A stretch of 64,000 nt of DNA, taken from the NCBI GenBank assembly GCA_964016885.1, contig OZ024740.1, positions 75,516,001 through 75,580,000 on the forward strand. Reading direction: 5' to 3'. The translations under genes were made by a program, and so were the position numbers. Positions 61,651 through 64,000 of the stretch are shown piece after piece. Within the stretch, counting starts at the first letter, position 1. The number at the start of each line of letters is the position of its first letter. Source of the DNA: Eledone cirrhosa (lineage: Eukaryota). The notes under the pieces are model-generated. The model saw only the letters and a program-made list of their open reading frames with translations, was not told where the DNA came from and searched no databases.

Positions 61651-62015
61651 GACTGCTTGTAATACCTTTTACTTGTTCCTGTCGTCTTTACTCTCTCATC
61701 AGTCGGCTTTGTGTTAATGGTGGGATATCAAATAAACTGGTAGAGCTGTTGAGTTACACACACAAATGAAATATTTATAATGGTGAAGGCTTGAGTTGGA
61801 CCAGCCACACAATTTGGAAATGTTGATAACAAAAGATTGGTGTAAAAGTTTGCCATGAACCCAGTAATTGGATGGCCGTTGGCAGGTTTTGTTTTCAGCC
61901 TGCAGGGTGTCCAAAAATTGCCCTCCTCACCAAGAAAGTTTTGGGAAATTGCCGGTTTAGTCAAAACGATCTGACAATGTGAAAGATTGTACTGGGATAT
62001 ATGATACCAGTAACA

Positions 62016-62054
<39 letters not shown>

Positions 62055-62115
62055 AGGCTGTTTTCATAATTGCAAACAAATCGAATATTATTATTAATAT
62101 TCGAAAAACTCAGAT

Positions 62116-62146
<31 letters not shown>

Positions 62147-62240
62147 GGGTGATTAACTACACGTGTTTTCCTCCAGAGAATTTTTTTCCTGTTTTCTTTC
62201 TTTTCTTGCTCTCGTCTATCTTTCTATTTCTTCTTTGCTT

Positions 62241-62276
62241 TCTTCCGATGAAGGACTAACTTCCGAAACGTTAAGA
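62241..62276 (+). ncRNA. Family B minimal hammerhead (CCGATGA variant)
   Basis: tctt-CCGATGA-aggactaacttcc-GAAACGT-T-aaga. The downstream sequence is homologous to 16964-17050. Confidence 0.6.
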
Positions 62277-62459
62277 CTCTCTCTTTACTATATCAAGCAT
62301 TAAACTAATATATATCATCATTGAATAGTATTGTTCACAGGTGTTAGTTTTTCCTTGTTGACTTTTCTCATCTAAATGTATATGTGTGTGTGTGTGTGTC
62401 TACGTGCTTGTGTATGAGAGAAAATTTGAGTAAAAACGAGGAAAACAACAGACATCGTG

Positions 62460-63335
62460 TTCTTATGTGTGTTAGTGAGAGTGTGAGTGTGAGTGAGTAG
62501 AGTGAGTATGGGAATAATTGAGTGTGTATGTGAGCAAATGAGTGAATGTGAATATATGTGACTAATGGAATGTGTGTGTTAGTGAGTGTGTGATTGAGTG
62601 TGTAAGAGAGTGTGTGTGTGAGAGACAGAGTCAGTGAGTGTATGATTTATTGAATTAGAGAGTGAGTGTGTAAGTGCATGTGTACGTGTATGAGTGTGTG
62701 TGGAGGTGAGTGTGTAAGTGAGTGCGCACATGTATGAGTGAGTGTGTGGGTGAAGGTATAAGTGAGTGTATACATATATAAGTGTATGTGTATGAGTGAC
62801 TGTGTATGTATGAGTGAGTGTGTGTTTGAGAGTGTGTAAGTGTATGAGTGAGTGTATATGTAAGTATATGAGTGGGTGTGTGTGTAAGTGTATGAGTGGG
62901 TGTGGGTGTAAGTGTATGAGTGAGTAATTGTGTAAGTATATGAGTGTGTGTGTGTAAGTGTATTAGTGTGTGTGTGTGTGTCTAAGTGTATGAGTGAGTG
63001 TGTGTAAGTGTATGAGTGGGTGTGTGTAAATGTATGAGTGTGTGTAAGTGTATGAGTGAGTGAGTGTCTAAGTGTATGAGTGAGAGTGTGTAAGTGTATG
63101 AGTGAGAGTGTGTAAGTGTATGAGTGTGTAAGTGTATGAGTGAGTGTGTGTGTTGGTGTTGGTGATAGTGGTGGTCGTCGTAGCGGTGATGGTGGTGTTT
63201 GTGGTGGTGGTGGTAGTAAAGGTGGTGGTAAAGGCGGTGGTGGTAGTGGTGGTAGTGGTGGTATTGGTGGTGGTGGTAGTGATGGTGGTGGTAGAGATGG
63301 TGGTGGTATCGGTGGTGGTGGTGTTGCTGGTAGTG
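62460..63335. repeat. Compound simple repeats: gtgtaagtgtatgagt-type, then (GGT)n
   Basis: Direct inspection. Confidence 0.85.
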
Positions 63336-63565
63336 AGAAACTAGTAAAAATAGCAGCCAATACCACCCAAGTTGTATAGATTGTCCACAATGTTTGGCCT
63401 GAGGTCCAGGAGATACGAGGTTTTAGTAGACAGTTTGAAAAGGAGTGAAAATTAAAATTTATTTATTGACATTATTGCCTCAATACATACATATCATACA
63501 TACATATATTCATTTATTCATACATATATACATTCATTTATACACACACACATATACATACATTT

Positions 63566-63605
<40 letters not shown>

Positions 63606-64000
63606 TCATTCATTAATACAAACATATATATACATGCATACATTCATTTACATACGTCATCACTGTTTAACATCTATCTCTCTATGCTAATACATAATTA
63701 TATATATATATATCGTCATCGTTTTAACATCCGCTTCCCCTGCCAGTATGAGTTGGATATACAAATACACAATCATTCATACATAAATGTATGTAGAAAA
63801 ATGCATATATATTTACATACATACATTCATATATATACACCCAGAATACCTACACTAAATGACTAAAACAAGTAAAACAATATACATACATACATATAGA
63901 TAACGAAAATATGGTCCTTGGAATTTTTTACACACAATAAATCAGTGGCCCACAGTGTTTTGTTGTATCTGTACTACTTGACTGGACACTAGATAAGATC

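Noticed and set aside
62647-63390. 247-aa Pro/His/Thr-rich ORF with a hydrophobic N-terminus
   Set aside because: Almost entirely (GGT)n and GT-rich simple repeat, with no splice or homology support.

Overview
AT-rich, microsatellite-dense animal DNA with no recognisable host gene; the SINE families and (TA)n/(CA)n density suggest a cephalopod such as Octopus (inference). The window is a mosaic of mobile elements. It holds Penelope-like elements (PLEs) of at least three lineages, a CRE-clade LINE with an N-terminal PHD finger, Tx1/L1-like LINEs, RTE LINEs, tRNA-headed SINEs, a Helitron-like non-autonomous element and Tc1/mariner remnants. The main hidden signal is about 16 type I hammerhead ribozyme (HHR) motifs, nearly all 35-220 nt upstream of a (TA)n-type tract on their own strand. 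One lies in a 610-nt ORF-less, terminally redundant unit with a variant core, which looks like a retrozyme. Another copy of that unit is fused to a 5'-truncated PLE reverse transcriptase. Four fold-back PLE insertions share one asymmetric 'tail' rule, and a Tx1-like LINE has a 39-nt intron-like spacer whose removal would fuse ORF1 to ORF2 in frame. All calls were made by eye, so boundaries are approximate and clade names are unverified.
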